Below, in pieces: positions 37,501 through 64,000 of a stretch of 64,000 nucleotides of DNA. The position numbers and the translations under genes are program-made. The stretch spans positions 121,541 through 185,540 of the forward strand of contig NW_018407384.1 of assembly GCF_002113885.1 (NCBI RefSeq), in the 5' to 3' direction. The notes beneath the pieces were generated by a model that was not told where the DNA came from, did no database searches, and worked only from the letters and a program-made list of their open reading frames with translations. How positions within the stretch are numbered: the first letter of the stretch is position 1; each line of letters starts with the position of its first letter. This DNA comes from Mizuhopecten yessoensis (Eukaryota).

Positions 37501-37907
37501 GGTTCGAACTCGCGACCTTCTGCGTGTAAAGCAGACGTGATAACCACTACACCACAGAACCTTAGATGACGACTGGACAGTTCTAAAATGGACAGATTAA
37601 GGTTATCACTTACCTCATAAATTCTAGAGAATTGGTGTCATCTTTCCATGTCCATGTACCTGTTGAGGGCACACTTTTCACCTACAATGTATGTTAATTA
37701 TAGCACATCCTCAAAACAACCCGAAAATAAATAAACATCACGCCGTTTCGTTACTCTTGTTGTATGTAAACAACATCAACGATAAACACTTATCTAAACG
37801 CTTCATAAACAATGCAGAATGTAATATACAGTTAATAGATTAATTTCGATATATCAGAAGCATAAACTAGTACTTACAGTATCCATTGCCATTGTTACTT
37901 TCGCCAT
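25575..37907 (-). CDS. PPP1R36: Protein phosphatase 1 regulatory subunit 36 (C14orf50-like), 18 exons, ~473 aa
   Basis: Exons (-): 37878-37907, 37614-37681, 36984-37052, 36537-36664, 34789-34858, 34120-34221, 33416-33556, 32516-32558, 31394-31476, 30936-31000, 30462-30488, 29939-30089, 29433-29462, 29051-29140, 28739-28834, 28252-28359, 27977-28020, 25575-25651 (sum 1422 nt, ATG to TGA). Motifs recognisable from vertebrate PPP1R36: GTWTWKDDTNSLEF, TVTLDYVK, LGQAYCVLELGLGLEDHHHMACGR, KEIGRILRSDTFNP, KRPAIKTIINQRSPAIVAILPSPKE, IGIIGEALSLFNEKTLTPL. Confidence 0.85.
26011..26066 (+). pseudogene. 5S rRNA-derived fragment (SINE3-like or pseudogene)
   Basis: AGCAAAGCAACATCGAGCGTGGTCAGTAGTTGGAGGGGTGACCGCC matches the 5S internal control region (box A/IE/box C); the flanks do not continue as 5S. 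Confidence 0.5.
29275..29445 (-). repeat. Degenerate ~51-bp repeat (4 copies) containing the PPP1R36 exon-13 donor
   Basis: ATTATAAA|GTAAGT-like junction at 29433 (real), 29381, 29331 and 29280. Confidence 0.65.
31800..32392. repeat. 72-bp tandem repeat (8 x 9-bp AAGATCAC-like subunits), ~8 copies, PPP1R36 intron 8
   Basis: AGCACCTCCATCAC at 31837, 31909 and onward. Confidence 0.93.
34855..34985 (-). repeat. 30-bp tandem repeat containing the PPP1R36 exon-5 acceptor
   Basis: Minus-strand unit CTGTACCAAATTTGTTTGATTTTATTGTAG x4; each ends in a polypyrimidine-TAG acceptor followed by CTGT. Confidence 0.9.
35470..35612. mobile_element. Degenerate palindromic MITE
   Basis: ATATGGACCTGAGAAAGT ... 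ACTTTCTCAGGTCCATAT inverted repeat with weaker outer pairing. Confidence 0.5.
35948..36435. repeat. ~28-30-bp minisatellite (ATAACATAACACAGTAGTCATGTGATAAAT)
   Basis: About 15 tandem copies in PPP1R36 intron 4. Confidence 0.92.
37489..37561 (-). tRNA. tRNA-Val(TAC), intronless, inside PPP1R36 intron 2
   Basis: GGTTCTG TG GTGTAGTGGTTATCAC G TCTGC TT-TAC-AC GCAGA AGGTC GCGAG TTCGAAC CTCGC CAGAACC T. Acceptor, anticodon and T stems pair perfectly, A/B boxes are intact, and T-runs (Pol III terminator) follow downstream. Confidence 0.96.
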
Positions 37908-38158
37908 TATTGTGGAAAATCAGTGTAAACAATGAGGGGTTCTGTTCTCTAATGAAGCACAACTTCCGGTTGAATAATCGTCTTATAAATGAAAATAAGT
38001 TCACCTTTTACATATCACTACTTCAGAAAATTCAAGAGATTTCTTATTACGTGTTTAAATGTAAAATCCTCTATTTAAATTCATAACTCATCGTAATATC
38101 CATCAACACGTTCGAAGTGATCTTGCGAATGAACTCAGCGACGCCATTTCCAGAACCC

Positions 38159-38172
38159 ATGCCCATAGCAAC
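38159..38172. promoter_or_regulatory. RFX X-box-like motif upstream of PPP1R36
   Basis: ATGCCCATAGCAAC (perfect CATAGCAAC half-site) about 250 bp upstream of the ATG; forkhead-type TGTAAACAA motifs near 37925 and 37766. Confidence 0.35.
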
Positions 38173-39762
38173 ATCAAGCAAAGGGGAGGTAACTTTTCAT
38201 TTCCCGCGCTATTTATATACTTCTAGAGACGGAGTTCGGCCCCGGGATAAGTCCAGTGGGCTGATATTTTGGGTTTTGAGTAAATAGAAATTTACAACTT
38301 TGAGCATTTTGTCAGTTCACTTGAATGGACTTGATAAGAAAAAATGTTAACTTGATTATTAAACTAAGTACAGGGAGAAGTTACTTTGAAATCGATACTG
38401 AAATACTAACCTAGGCCTACAGTTCTATTCCAACCAACCTATTTTGCGCATTTGAAAAGCCTATATTTCATTATTTGAATAGAAAAAAATTGTCAGTGAA
38501 CTTTCAAGTATGCCTCGATGCAGAGACAAATATAGTACTGACTTTATATATAAAAAATACGTCTCTGCTCATCGGCTTAGTCCGTAAAAGAATCCAGTGA
38601 ATTTAGGGCTAACAAATTAATACACACAAAAAAATGACATCTTTCATTTGTAATAACACCGACTAAGTTAGCATTCAATTTTATATTTCGTGGTAATTTA
38701 AGTCCGTGATAATACCTAATAAATATACACACCAATTTCAAGAATTGTGTAGAAGGAGAACCTGTCCACTTCACGTACTCATCCCGGCGACGAAAAGGCG
38801 CCGGTGTACCAGTCTCACAAATACGAGTAATTTACCATTAAACAACCTGATTAGATAAAAAAAAATGTGCAGAGCATGGTCCAGCATTCTTCTCTCGGGA
38901 GATGCAGTTGTAATGATTAAATTATAGTTTGCATGTACTGATGCAACACACACTGTGACAGTATTATTAAGGTAAATATTACGTATTTACATTGATATTG
39001 ATCCTTACTCAATTCTCCGTTATCTAGACTGAGGTCATTGTTAAGAGGAAAATACGACACAAAATCTACGTACTAACATCAGGTACCCCGGCCCCTTGCC
39101 CACCTGCTGTCATCCCTTTGATGACATACCTGGACAAAGGTATAAAGGTGTGTCTCAAGTTGGGCCTCCTGCTGTCAGGACTGGACACAGGTGTGTTAAT
39201 TGTGATTTACCTGTACACAGAAGTACGTCTGGTGGATTATCGAACTACATGTACCCGCTAGTGAAGCGGACGTAAAACTAATCAATCAATCAATCAAAGA
39301 ATCGAGATGATCGCATGGCATTTAATGTGTTACTGTTGGTCGGTATGTTGTTGTTTATTCGGCGACCTAACATAAGGAAGATACAATGTCGTCAATTTGT
39401 GATTAAACGATATATATAATAGTGGTTTCTAAAGTATGCCTATACATTGTATTGCCGTTCAAAGATATAGTCGTGAGACACAAACTTTGAAGAAATTTTG
39501 TAACATTTTTTACTGATACGTTTCCGTATTTTTGGACCGTAGCGGTACCTTAACGACGACAACAGGATGGAATCAGTTCTCAATGAACAGTAAGGAAGTG
39601 ATTTCAAACTGACTTTCAAGCTAAAATCAGAGACGTACATGGCTTGATATGTCTCGGCTGCTAAATAAGAGAATTAACATAGTTGACCAACAACACAGAA
39701 TGCACCACTGTTTATTTTCCCTCAAATTCGTTCATTGGGCAAATTTATCATCAAGTGCCAAG

Positions 39763-39934
39763 CAGTGGTGGTTCCAGAGTTTGATTTTTTGAGCTTCAGA
39801 GGATTCCCCCACCGTGAGAATTTTCTTTAAAATTCATGTATTTTCTATTTTCACCATTTTCCTCAATATTTTCCCACATGGACCCCCTCTGGAAATTTGG
39901 AAACCCCCCAGATAGGTCTCTGGATCCACCACTG
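39763..39934. mobile_element. Short MITE with CAGTGGTGG(A/T)TCCAG TIRs
   Basis: CAGTGGTGGTTCCAGAG ... CTCTGGATCCACCACTG; flanks CCAAG/CCCAG form an imperfect TSD. Confidence 0.65.
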
Positions 39935-41247
39935 CCCAGAAACTGAACATGCACACCTCAGACTCGTCAATTTGGTGTCCACTCAATCGACTTTTTGAAA
40001 GTTCTGGCATGTATACATAACAGTATGGCGGTGGTTTTTTTTTTATCTTTATTTGAAATGTATGTGTATATATACCATTTGGAAGGGAAAGTCCATGCCT
40101 GTCATACAATAATAACAAAAGGGCAAAAGCGTCCGTATTTGAAGAATTATTTAACTTTTACTGTCCGAAGATTGGAGGCCGAATGCCTTGGAACACGTTC
40201 GGACAGGCCTCGAATAAGAATTACAGACTTAAATTTCACTTTCGTTAACTTTCATTCCCTCAGTAGTAACGTTACATATTTCAAAACATATGTTTACTAA
40301 TAAACTCTGCTAACTGTGACGACTTTAAACGATAATTAAACTTTCCTCCAAGACGTTCCAAGTTACCAATTAACCCACTAACCACGTGGCAAACGAGGCA
40401 AACGTGGCAACTTTCACGTTAATTTACTTTTCATTTCCCGTTATCCACCTCACTACCAAACACTACAACTATCGTGATTTTAATTTCACAATATGTACTC
40501 TCCTTTCCTCATAAGTAACACACCAGTCAGCCCACCCACGTAATTAACACACCTGTCAGCCCACCCGCGTAACACACCAGTCACCCAACTCACTACCAAA
40601 CTCTATGACAAAGAGACTTTAATTTAATGGTAGTAGGCATAAGTAACATAATATACCAAACACCTACCATATTATCAATCTCTATGACAACGTGACGACA
40701 TTGATTTTACATTAACTCCCCTTTACTCATTAGTAACATTCTGTCACTTGACAATACCAAACTCAATGAAAACGTGATCACTTTCAATTTCTCATTCATG
40801 AAATTCCAATCTTGCCTGTCAGCATCATCAGATATAACAGAAATCCACGGCATGTTAGCATCATTAGATTCAACACTGAAGTCTGTCCTACATTAATTGG
40901 TTTCCACAATTTTTAAGACTGAACGTCATCCTACCAAGAATTTGTTTTAAGGTCGCCTTCAAGAGCAAACTGAGGGCCATCTCTATTCTTATTTCCAGTT
41001 CTTCTGTTCGGATATAACTAAAGCACATTTTAGCCAAGACATTTCCATTGACTAGTTAGCCCAGTCAACCTGAGCAATAGTATAACTATCTGAAGTTTGG
41101 GGTTCCAATCCGTGTCTAGACCTGATGGATTTTTACAATCAGAACACTGCCAATGATGTGTTTTTTTTATTTCATCTTTATGATTTCCTTTTCTAAAGTA
41201 CGCAGAAGTATCTTATTATGTACATTATGTGATACCCTAGATATAAG

Positions 41248-42156
41248 TATCCCCCGCTTTCACCGAAACGGGGGATATCAATTTGGGTGTGTCTGTCTGT
41301 CTGTAACGCTTCGTTTTCGTGCAATAACTACAACAAATGTTCACCTATTTTCTTCAAACTTGGTCACAGGGTTAAATACCTTAAGGGCTCGGCCAAGTTC
41401 AATGACCACTTTCAGCGGACGCCATTTGATGGAGTTATTGCCCCTTGAATAATAAAAAACGTCATTATCTGCCACGCATCGTTTCCGTGCAACAACTACA
41501 GCAAATGTTAACCGATTTTCTTCAAACTTGGTCACAGGGATAAATGCCTTAAGGGCTCGACCAAGTTTGATGACCACTTTCAGCAGACCCCATTTGGCAG
41601 AAATATGGCCCCTTGAATAACGAAAAACATCATTAACTGCCACGCTTTGTTTCCGTGCATTAACTATAACAAATGTTAACCAATTTTTTTCAAACTTGGT
41701 CACAGGGTTAAATGCCTTAAGGGCTAAGCCTAGTTTGATGACCACTTTCAGCAGACCCCATTTGGCGGAGTTATGGCCCCTTGAATAACGAAAAGCATAA
41801 TTATCTGCAGTTATTAGCCAAATTCCTTCAAACTTGATAACCATGTTTGTGTTCCTCTGTCTTTCCAACCATCTCGGGCACTCTTTGGGTTTCGTGTGAT
41901 AATTGCTGTAGATATTGTTCAGATGTTTCAACCAAATTCCGTATGCACATCCGACTCATGCCAAGTTTGCCAACCGATGTGATTTGTGTAAATTTACGGA
42001 TAATCAAAGAGGTATTAGGCTTTTTTTCTTCAATTCAAGCTATATACATTATGTCTCAACAGCACGATACTCACATGTTTAAACCTAACCTCAATAATGT
42101 TAATCTGTAATATGTCCTACAAGCGGGGGATATCAATTCCACGAATTAGCTTGTTT
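41248..42156. mobile_element. Helentron-associated HINE/Pearl-like element with ~168-bp internal tandem repeats
   Basis: TATCCCCCGCTT subTIR with a local inverted copy, (GTCT)n microsatellite, three ~168-bp units (TTCAAACTTGGTCACAGGG at ~41353, 41521, 41690), distal AAGCGGGGGATA subTIR, short hairpin and CTTGTT end. Confidence 0.75.
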
Positions 42157-42569
42157 GATGTTGTGTTCAGTTTGTACTGTATTTTGTATATCAATCCATC
42201 TGTACACTATGTCGATGTAATAACCAGTAAAACAAGGAAAGGAACAACATATACACAAAATGTTGTACCAAGTCTGGAAAACATTAAAAACAACAAAGTT
42301 AAATGTTGACACAAATGTAAGGCCTTATTTATGCTCTCATCATTGGCACCAGTAAAAGTATTTCTGCAACTCAAAAACTCAAATCCCTTAACAGAAGTTT
42401 TACCATTAGGATGTATAACAGGAGTTAAAGAACAATCTTAAGGAAATTCTCCTTAGTGTCATTTATGGCATTCCTTTTTAGAAATTTTCAGTTCAGTATT
42501 CTCATCTAATTAACGAACATTTTTGAAATTGGAGACTGGGTCCTAGGTCAAGACTATTCTTATATGAAC

Positions 42570-42697
42570 ATGTTTGTACAACAGTCACGAAAATACAACC
42601 TGTGTCAGCATGTTTGAACAACAGTCACGAAAACACAACCTGTGTCAGAATGTTTGTACAACAGTCACGAAAATACAACCTGTGTCAGCATGTTTGA
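42570..42697. repeat. 39-bp tandem repeat x3
   Basis: ATGTTTGTACAACAGTCACGAAAATACAACCTGTGTCAG repeated. Confidence 0.85.
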
Positions 42698-43462
42698 CAT
42701 GGATGAATAATTTTGCAGAAGAAATTAATGGTGTAAAAAGTTGACACCATACGCCAGATTCCATGATATTGGCAACATGGTATATATAAGGTAAAACGGT
42801 CTTTACGAATAGGTGAGTTCACAACTTAACAAGAAAAAGTATTTAACATGTTTTATTTCAGTTCTAACAAAACAAACACACAGTCATACTATGTATACAA
42901 CAATAATACACCTCAATAAAGAACACTTTATAGTTTGATACAGTATAACATTTCACTTGTAAATAATTGCTGGGTAATAAGCCCAGCCCCTAGTCAGCCA
43001 GATGTTACATTCAATAAAGCTAATGCTTGGTCACAATTCCACTCTCTTTAAACATATATATAAACCTTTGTTAAACATATTTTTTTAAAGGTGATGATGT
43101 GCTTACTGGATAATATACATTTACAGAGAAGCTTAATTTCTGAGAGAATCCCTTTCCACATTAATAGGTAAAATCTTGAATAAGGCAGATACTCACTTGA
43201 CCCCTTTCTATAGAGAACAGGGTCAGACCCCTTGACTTTACCACCTGGCTATGCTCTTGGAGGAGGCCCCTTGACCATGAGTCTTACCAGGCCCTTTGAC
43301 TGGTGTGGGCCTCTTGGATAGGCCCCCTGAACAGGCCCTTGGAAGACGGCCCTGGACAATGGCTCCTGACCAGGATTTTGACACAGCCCTTTGGGCTTAT
43401 CATAGATAAAATATGGTGTGTTTTATGAACACTTAATTCTATTTATCTTCTTGAGTATTCTN

Positions 43463-43873
43463 GATTTTTGAAATTTTAGTCAATTTGACCCTTTTTGGCC
43501 CCGCCCCTCAGGCCCCTGGGGGCTTAGGACTAAACCGGCAACTATTTTTGTTGACCTTTGTCCATGGAAGGTCCCTGCAAAATTTCATTGAAATTGGTTC
43601 AGAGGTTTTGGAGAAGAAGATTTTTGAAATTTTAGTCAATTTGACCCTTTTTGGCCCCGCCCCTCAGGCCCCTGGGGGCTTAGGACTAAACTGGCAACTA
43701 GTTTTGTTGACCTTTGTCCATGGAAGGTCCCTGCAAAATTTCATTGAAATTGGTTCAGGGGTTTTGGAGAAGAAGTCGAAAATGTAAATTGTTTACGGAT
43801 GCACGACGGACGACGACGGACAAAAGGCGATCGCAATAGGTCACTTGAGACTTTGTCTCAGTTGACCTAAAAA
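43463..43873. mobile_element. HINE-like element (partial) with two 156-bp internal repeats
   Basis: Repeat at 43463/43619, then GACG microsatellite and AGGTCACTTGAGAC-TTT-GTCTCAGTTGACCT hairpin with A-run; n at 43462. Confidence 0.7.
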
Positions 43874-44217
43874 GCATGTAGTAATATCAAAGGCTTTGTG
43901 TTGTATAAATAGACACACCAGAATGATGAATGTCCTGTGGTTTTGGCAGTATATCATATAAAATAGAATACATATATGTAGGTGTACCATGAGCAAATTG
44001 TTTTCTCCAAAAGCGGATATGTTATATATCTGACATTTAAACAGTGCGAGACATATATCCAGGACAGACAACACGATGGCGATTCATCAAGGCCACTAGT
44101 GTATATCTCTAGAAGATTATCACATAGGTTTCCATCAGTCTCATTCACTGTTTGTTGTCATTCCTTGGTTTTGTAACAGGCACACCCATTGGATAGATAA
44201 TGATAATAACTCCTGAA

Positions 44218-60489
<16,272 letters not shown>

Positions 60490-61000
60490 TCTGAAACACT
60501 TTCTCTGCCAGGTGCTTGGAATATCTGCTTCCCCATCAAAAAGTTTCCATGGGCAATGACATGGACGCAGCCATTTTGCTTTCCCGCACTGAATAACATT
60601 TTGATTCATTTAGAAAGCATGTTTATATTTTACAACCGTTCTAGAATAAGAAATACAGTCGGCATTGACACATTTTGTTATGTTTTCCCAATCACTATTC
60701 AGATAAAAATTGTATTACAAAAAATAATTAATGCAAGGTCAAGGTCACTCTTGCCGATCATGTGATTAAATGTTTTGACTGAAAGGAGCTGTCAGACGAA
60801 TGTCAGACGAGACAACTAGACCTCTACCATGCAGACGATGATAAACTGATTGCGGTCAGTTGATCGCTATGACAAGACAGGGACATTTTCCTTTAATATT
60901 CCCAGATGCCGTGTTTCAAAATATCCAAAATGGAATCGCCAAACGAATCACAAACCATGATTATGTCAAATCAGGAAGAATCACTCGGTCTGCCGATTCA
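60490..61000. promoter_or_regulatory. Putative bidirectional promoter / 5' UTRs shared by IARS2 and GPR137
   Basis: Divergent start codons only ~510 bp apart (260 bp if the upstream ATGs are used). Contains CAAGGTCAAGGTCA (60734-60747) and a TGTCAGACGA direct repeat near 60790-60810. Confidence 0.6.
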
Positions 61001-63862
61001 ATGGACGTTGATATTGATGCCTTTCCTACGTTGGAACCAGCCTTAACGCCCGTCACAGAATTATGGCTGACAATTCTGTACGTCTCATTGTACGGCCTGC
61101 TGTTTTTCATGGTGTATTTTCAATTATGGATGATCTGGTACTACCGACATAAGAGACTGAGTTACCAAACTGTTTTTCTGTTTCTCTGTTTGATATGGAC
61201 AGGGTTGAGAACCACCTTATTCTCATTCTACTTCAGTGACTGTATTTTAGTCAACAATCTCCCACTGCCCTTTACATGGTTGCTGTATTGTTTCCCAGTT
61301 TGTTTACAGTTCACTACGCTGTGTCTCCTGGTGTTATTTTTTGCACAGGTAAGACTAAGAACACGGAAAAGAGCAAAATATACCATCTGATCAAGCCTGT
61401 TTGACCGTAGTAATAAGATAACATGCAGGTCCAGTACACTCTGCCGACTGATCATGAGCTATATAGCTGTAAAGACCTATAACAGCTCTATTGACCTATA
61501 TCTGAAATAGGTCTTTTGAGCTATTTTCATGTGATTTTCTTTTTAAGGAAAACAAAGCAAAGTCGCTTTTAAAAGAATATGTTATCCTTCGGTTGATAAC
61601 ACAAGACATTAAATATAAGCATTCTTTTTAAAAAATAATGATGTGAAAAAAATCGAAAACTTAACATTATGAAAAATGAAAATAAACATCTAAATGTACG
61701 CTTCTTGTAGTCAACATTACCATAAATCTTATAGTTTTATGCGACTTTGCTTTAATTTAATGAAAATTGAAATCTGAGAAAATATAGCTCAATACAGCTC
61801 TAATTTATAGGTGAATATAGCTATATAGGTCTTTATAGCTAAGACCTGACATGTGCTCTCAAAAAGAAAATATGTGATGCATATACAGTACTACTTGAGG
61901 CGTTTGGATTTTTCTTATGCTTATGTAATAGGGGGAGGTCCGGAGAGGGTTTGCATCTGTTGTCACTCCGTTAAATTTGTTTCGTGATCGTATAGTTTTT
62001 GGTAATGGTAACGAGTCGACAACTTTCCCTGCAGTCCATTCTAGACCTCGCCTCTTTCGTCGGGTTGATTCAATAACTCAACAAGGTGTTTCAAAATACA
62101 AGTAACTGTTTATTAACAAGACGAAATCATGAATATGAATAACAAGTTTAACAAATACAAAGCATAGCATTAGTGCCAAACAATGACAACTAATGTTAAG
62201 AAACCCAATCCCTATGTATGTAGAGTAATGGCCTATCCTACCTAACAGTACTACCAGTAGACTACGACCGCGTGCTCCTAGCTCCCTATAGATCTACAGC
62301 TAACCACCTGTGCATGTATCGATGCCTAAGCCCGAAGCCCCTGACTATCCCTACATACATGTACTGTAGTTCCTATAGCACTCTATTTATTCCAGGAACA
62401 AGGTTACAATAACCTCATGTAGTCCTAGCTACGATTGGTACTGTTAGCAGCACCTCGGCGCATGTTTTGCACTGTTAACAGCGCATGAGGCGGTAATGTT
62501 CTCCTCACCAGCAGAAGTGGGTCGGCTCACCGACCCTGTCAAGACCCTGATCCCCGCCCGGACTCACTGTTTTATACCCCCTGCTCCCCCCACCAAATAG
62601 CCTCGAAGATGAGTGACCAACTGTTAATCTCGAACCCAGCCTCACCATCTAAAAGCATGTGAGCGAGGAGCGGGAACCTATTCCTGTTATTACTATCACC
62701 CACTTCCGGCCGTCTCAGAAGTGTGAACACACAGATTTCAGCACCGGTATCGTAGCAGCTGATCGCCAGGAATCCTAGCCTAAACAATAAGCCCTACCCT
62801 AAATAAGGGTGAATAACACAGAAAGTAACAGATCTCTGTCTGTTAATCATAAACAATAATTATACTTAACAAAGTAATACAAATGTGAAAAGTAAACAAC
62901 CTAACCTCCCACACTTACTCAAATAAAATGGTTTATAATTGGGGAACAGATTGTTCCACACTAAAACATAAATAATTCAGCCCCACCCCCAGATGATAAA
63001 GGTACTAGATTTGAGAAAGACTTTTATGAGTCCCAGACTGAGACAAGAATTAGAAATTTTGTAAGAGTCCCAAATTACATCATTTAATTAAAGATAGATA
63101 ATGTGTCCCAGCCAAAAATATGTTGCAGTAAAACAGTATCGGGGTAAATAAAAGTGTTACAAAACAACATTAATCATGTCTAAAATGTAAGAGTTATAAT
63201 GTAAGTATATCACAAAGTAACAGGTATTTGCCTAAATATACATAGTAGTTAAGAAGTGTCTGAAAAAACAGTAAGGAGTTCAATATTTTTTTATAGCCAA
63301 GTACAGGCTGCCTCCCCCAGAACAAAAAGTGTTTTATTTTCCCAAAATGAAAAAGAAAGTGTGGAATATCTTCTCAATTCAATAAAAATAGTACTATGTA
63401 TTTTCCCAAATCACAAAAGAGCTGTAACTGGTAAATGTCACAAAACAAAAGCAGTTTTGTAATAAAGTAACAGTACATGCAGGTTATAAATATCTAAAAA
63501 CAGCAGTAATGTTTAAGTCATAACACAATAATGATTATGTCACCTGCAGAAATGGAAGAGATATGTATTTGAACTATTCCTACCTATTTTATATTGTGTT
63601 GTTCCCTACTGTAGGCTATACTGTCATGTATAATAGTACTAACTAACTGAAATAGTTGCCATAGATTGTGCTTTGCATAGATCTTCAAATTGATGAACTG
63701 AGAAATTATACTTAAAAAATACAGTAACAAATCTGTTGTATCTAATGTAATGTATTTTCCCCATAAGAGATATATATGTCTTTATGTCTTACATTACATG
63801 CATCAATGTTCTTTCCAGGTCGTGTTTAAAGCCAAAGCCAAGTATGAACCTAGTCAGTATAA
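61001..63862 (+). CDS. GPR137B: Integral membrane protein GPR137/TM7SF1 (lysosomal), exons 1-2; continues beyond the right edge
   Basis: Exon 1 61001-61348 (MDVDIDAFPTLEPA...QLWMIWYYRHKRLSYQTVFLFLCLIWTGLRTTLFSFYF...WLLYCFPVCLQFTTL...FAQ, donor CAG|GTAAGA). Exon 2 63819-63862 (VVFKAKAKYEPSQY, CCAG| ... |GTAAGT). RHKRLSYQ and WLLYCFPVCLQF are GPR137-family hallmarks. Alternative in-frame ATG at 60869. Confidence 0.92.
61421..61855. mobile_element. MITE-like inverted-repeat element in GPR137 intron 1
   Basis: TAGCTGTAAAGACCTATAACAGCTCTATTGACCTATA (~61462-61500) pairs with TATAGGTGAATATAGCTATATAGGTCTTTATAGCTA (~61806-61842); outer ACATGCAGGTC/GACCTGACATGT. Confidence 0.55.
61924..62913 (-). mobile_element. 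Solo LTR (Gypsy-like), antisense in GPR137 intron 1
   Basis: CTTA|TGT ... ACA|CTTA (TG..CA termini, 4-bp TSD), 990 bp, GC-richer than flanks. On the minus strand a TATA (GTATAAAA, ~62571-62577) precedes AATAAA (~62109-62114). Confidence 0.7.
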
Positions 63863-64000
63863 GTAAGTAGATTGTAACCAATTAAGTATCCACACATAAC
63901 AAGTGTTTAAATCTATTGTTAGGTGATCAGCACCAGCTAGTAAAGGGAGGAATTTGTGTCAGTATGTTAGGCAAAAACTTACATTTGTGACTTGTTAATA

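Noticed and set aside
39080-39296. Possible SINE 3' end with (ATCA)n tail
   Set aside because: No recognisable tRNA head or TSD.
41341-41931. 196-aa ORF with internal repeats
   Set aside because: Translation of the ~168-bp internal repeats of a HINE-like element; no protein motif.

Overview
AT-rich, intron-rich animal genomic DNA. The repeat landscape (Helentron-associated HINE/Pearl-type elements, Kolobok-type and palindromic MITEs) suggests a bivalve mollusc; this is an inference. Four spliced genes were reconstructed by hand from GT-AG junctions with consistent phases: the first six coding exons of a MARK/PAR-1 kinase (- strand, running off the left edge), a complete 18-exon PPP1R36 (-), a complete 23-exon mitochondrial isoleucyl-tRNA synthetase IARS2 (-), and the first two exons of GPR137/TM7SF1 (+), head-to-head with IARS2. 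A tRNA-Val(TAC) lies in PPP1R36 intron 2. Introns and intergenic DNA hold satellites, several non-autonomous DNA transposons, a solo LTR and a decayed non-LTR retrotransposon. The most striking pattern is that tandem repeats are repeatedly built from the splice junction itself (exon edge plus adjacent intron) at up to 8 exon boundaries. Examples are 20 copies of the IARS2 exon-21 donor, 10 copies of the IARS2 exon-5 donor and 5 in-frame acceptors at PPP1R36 exon 5. Most ORFs in the supplied track are spurious or are exon read-throughs.
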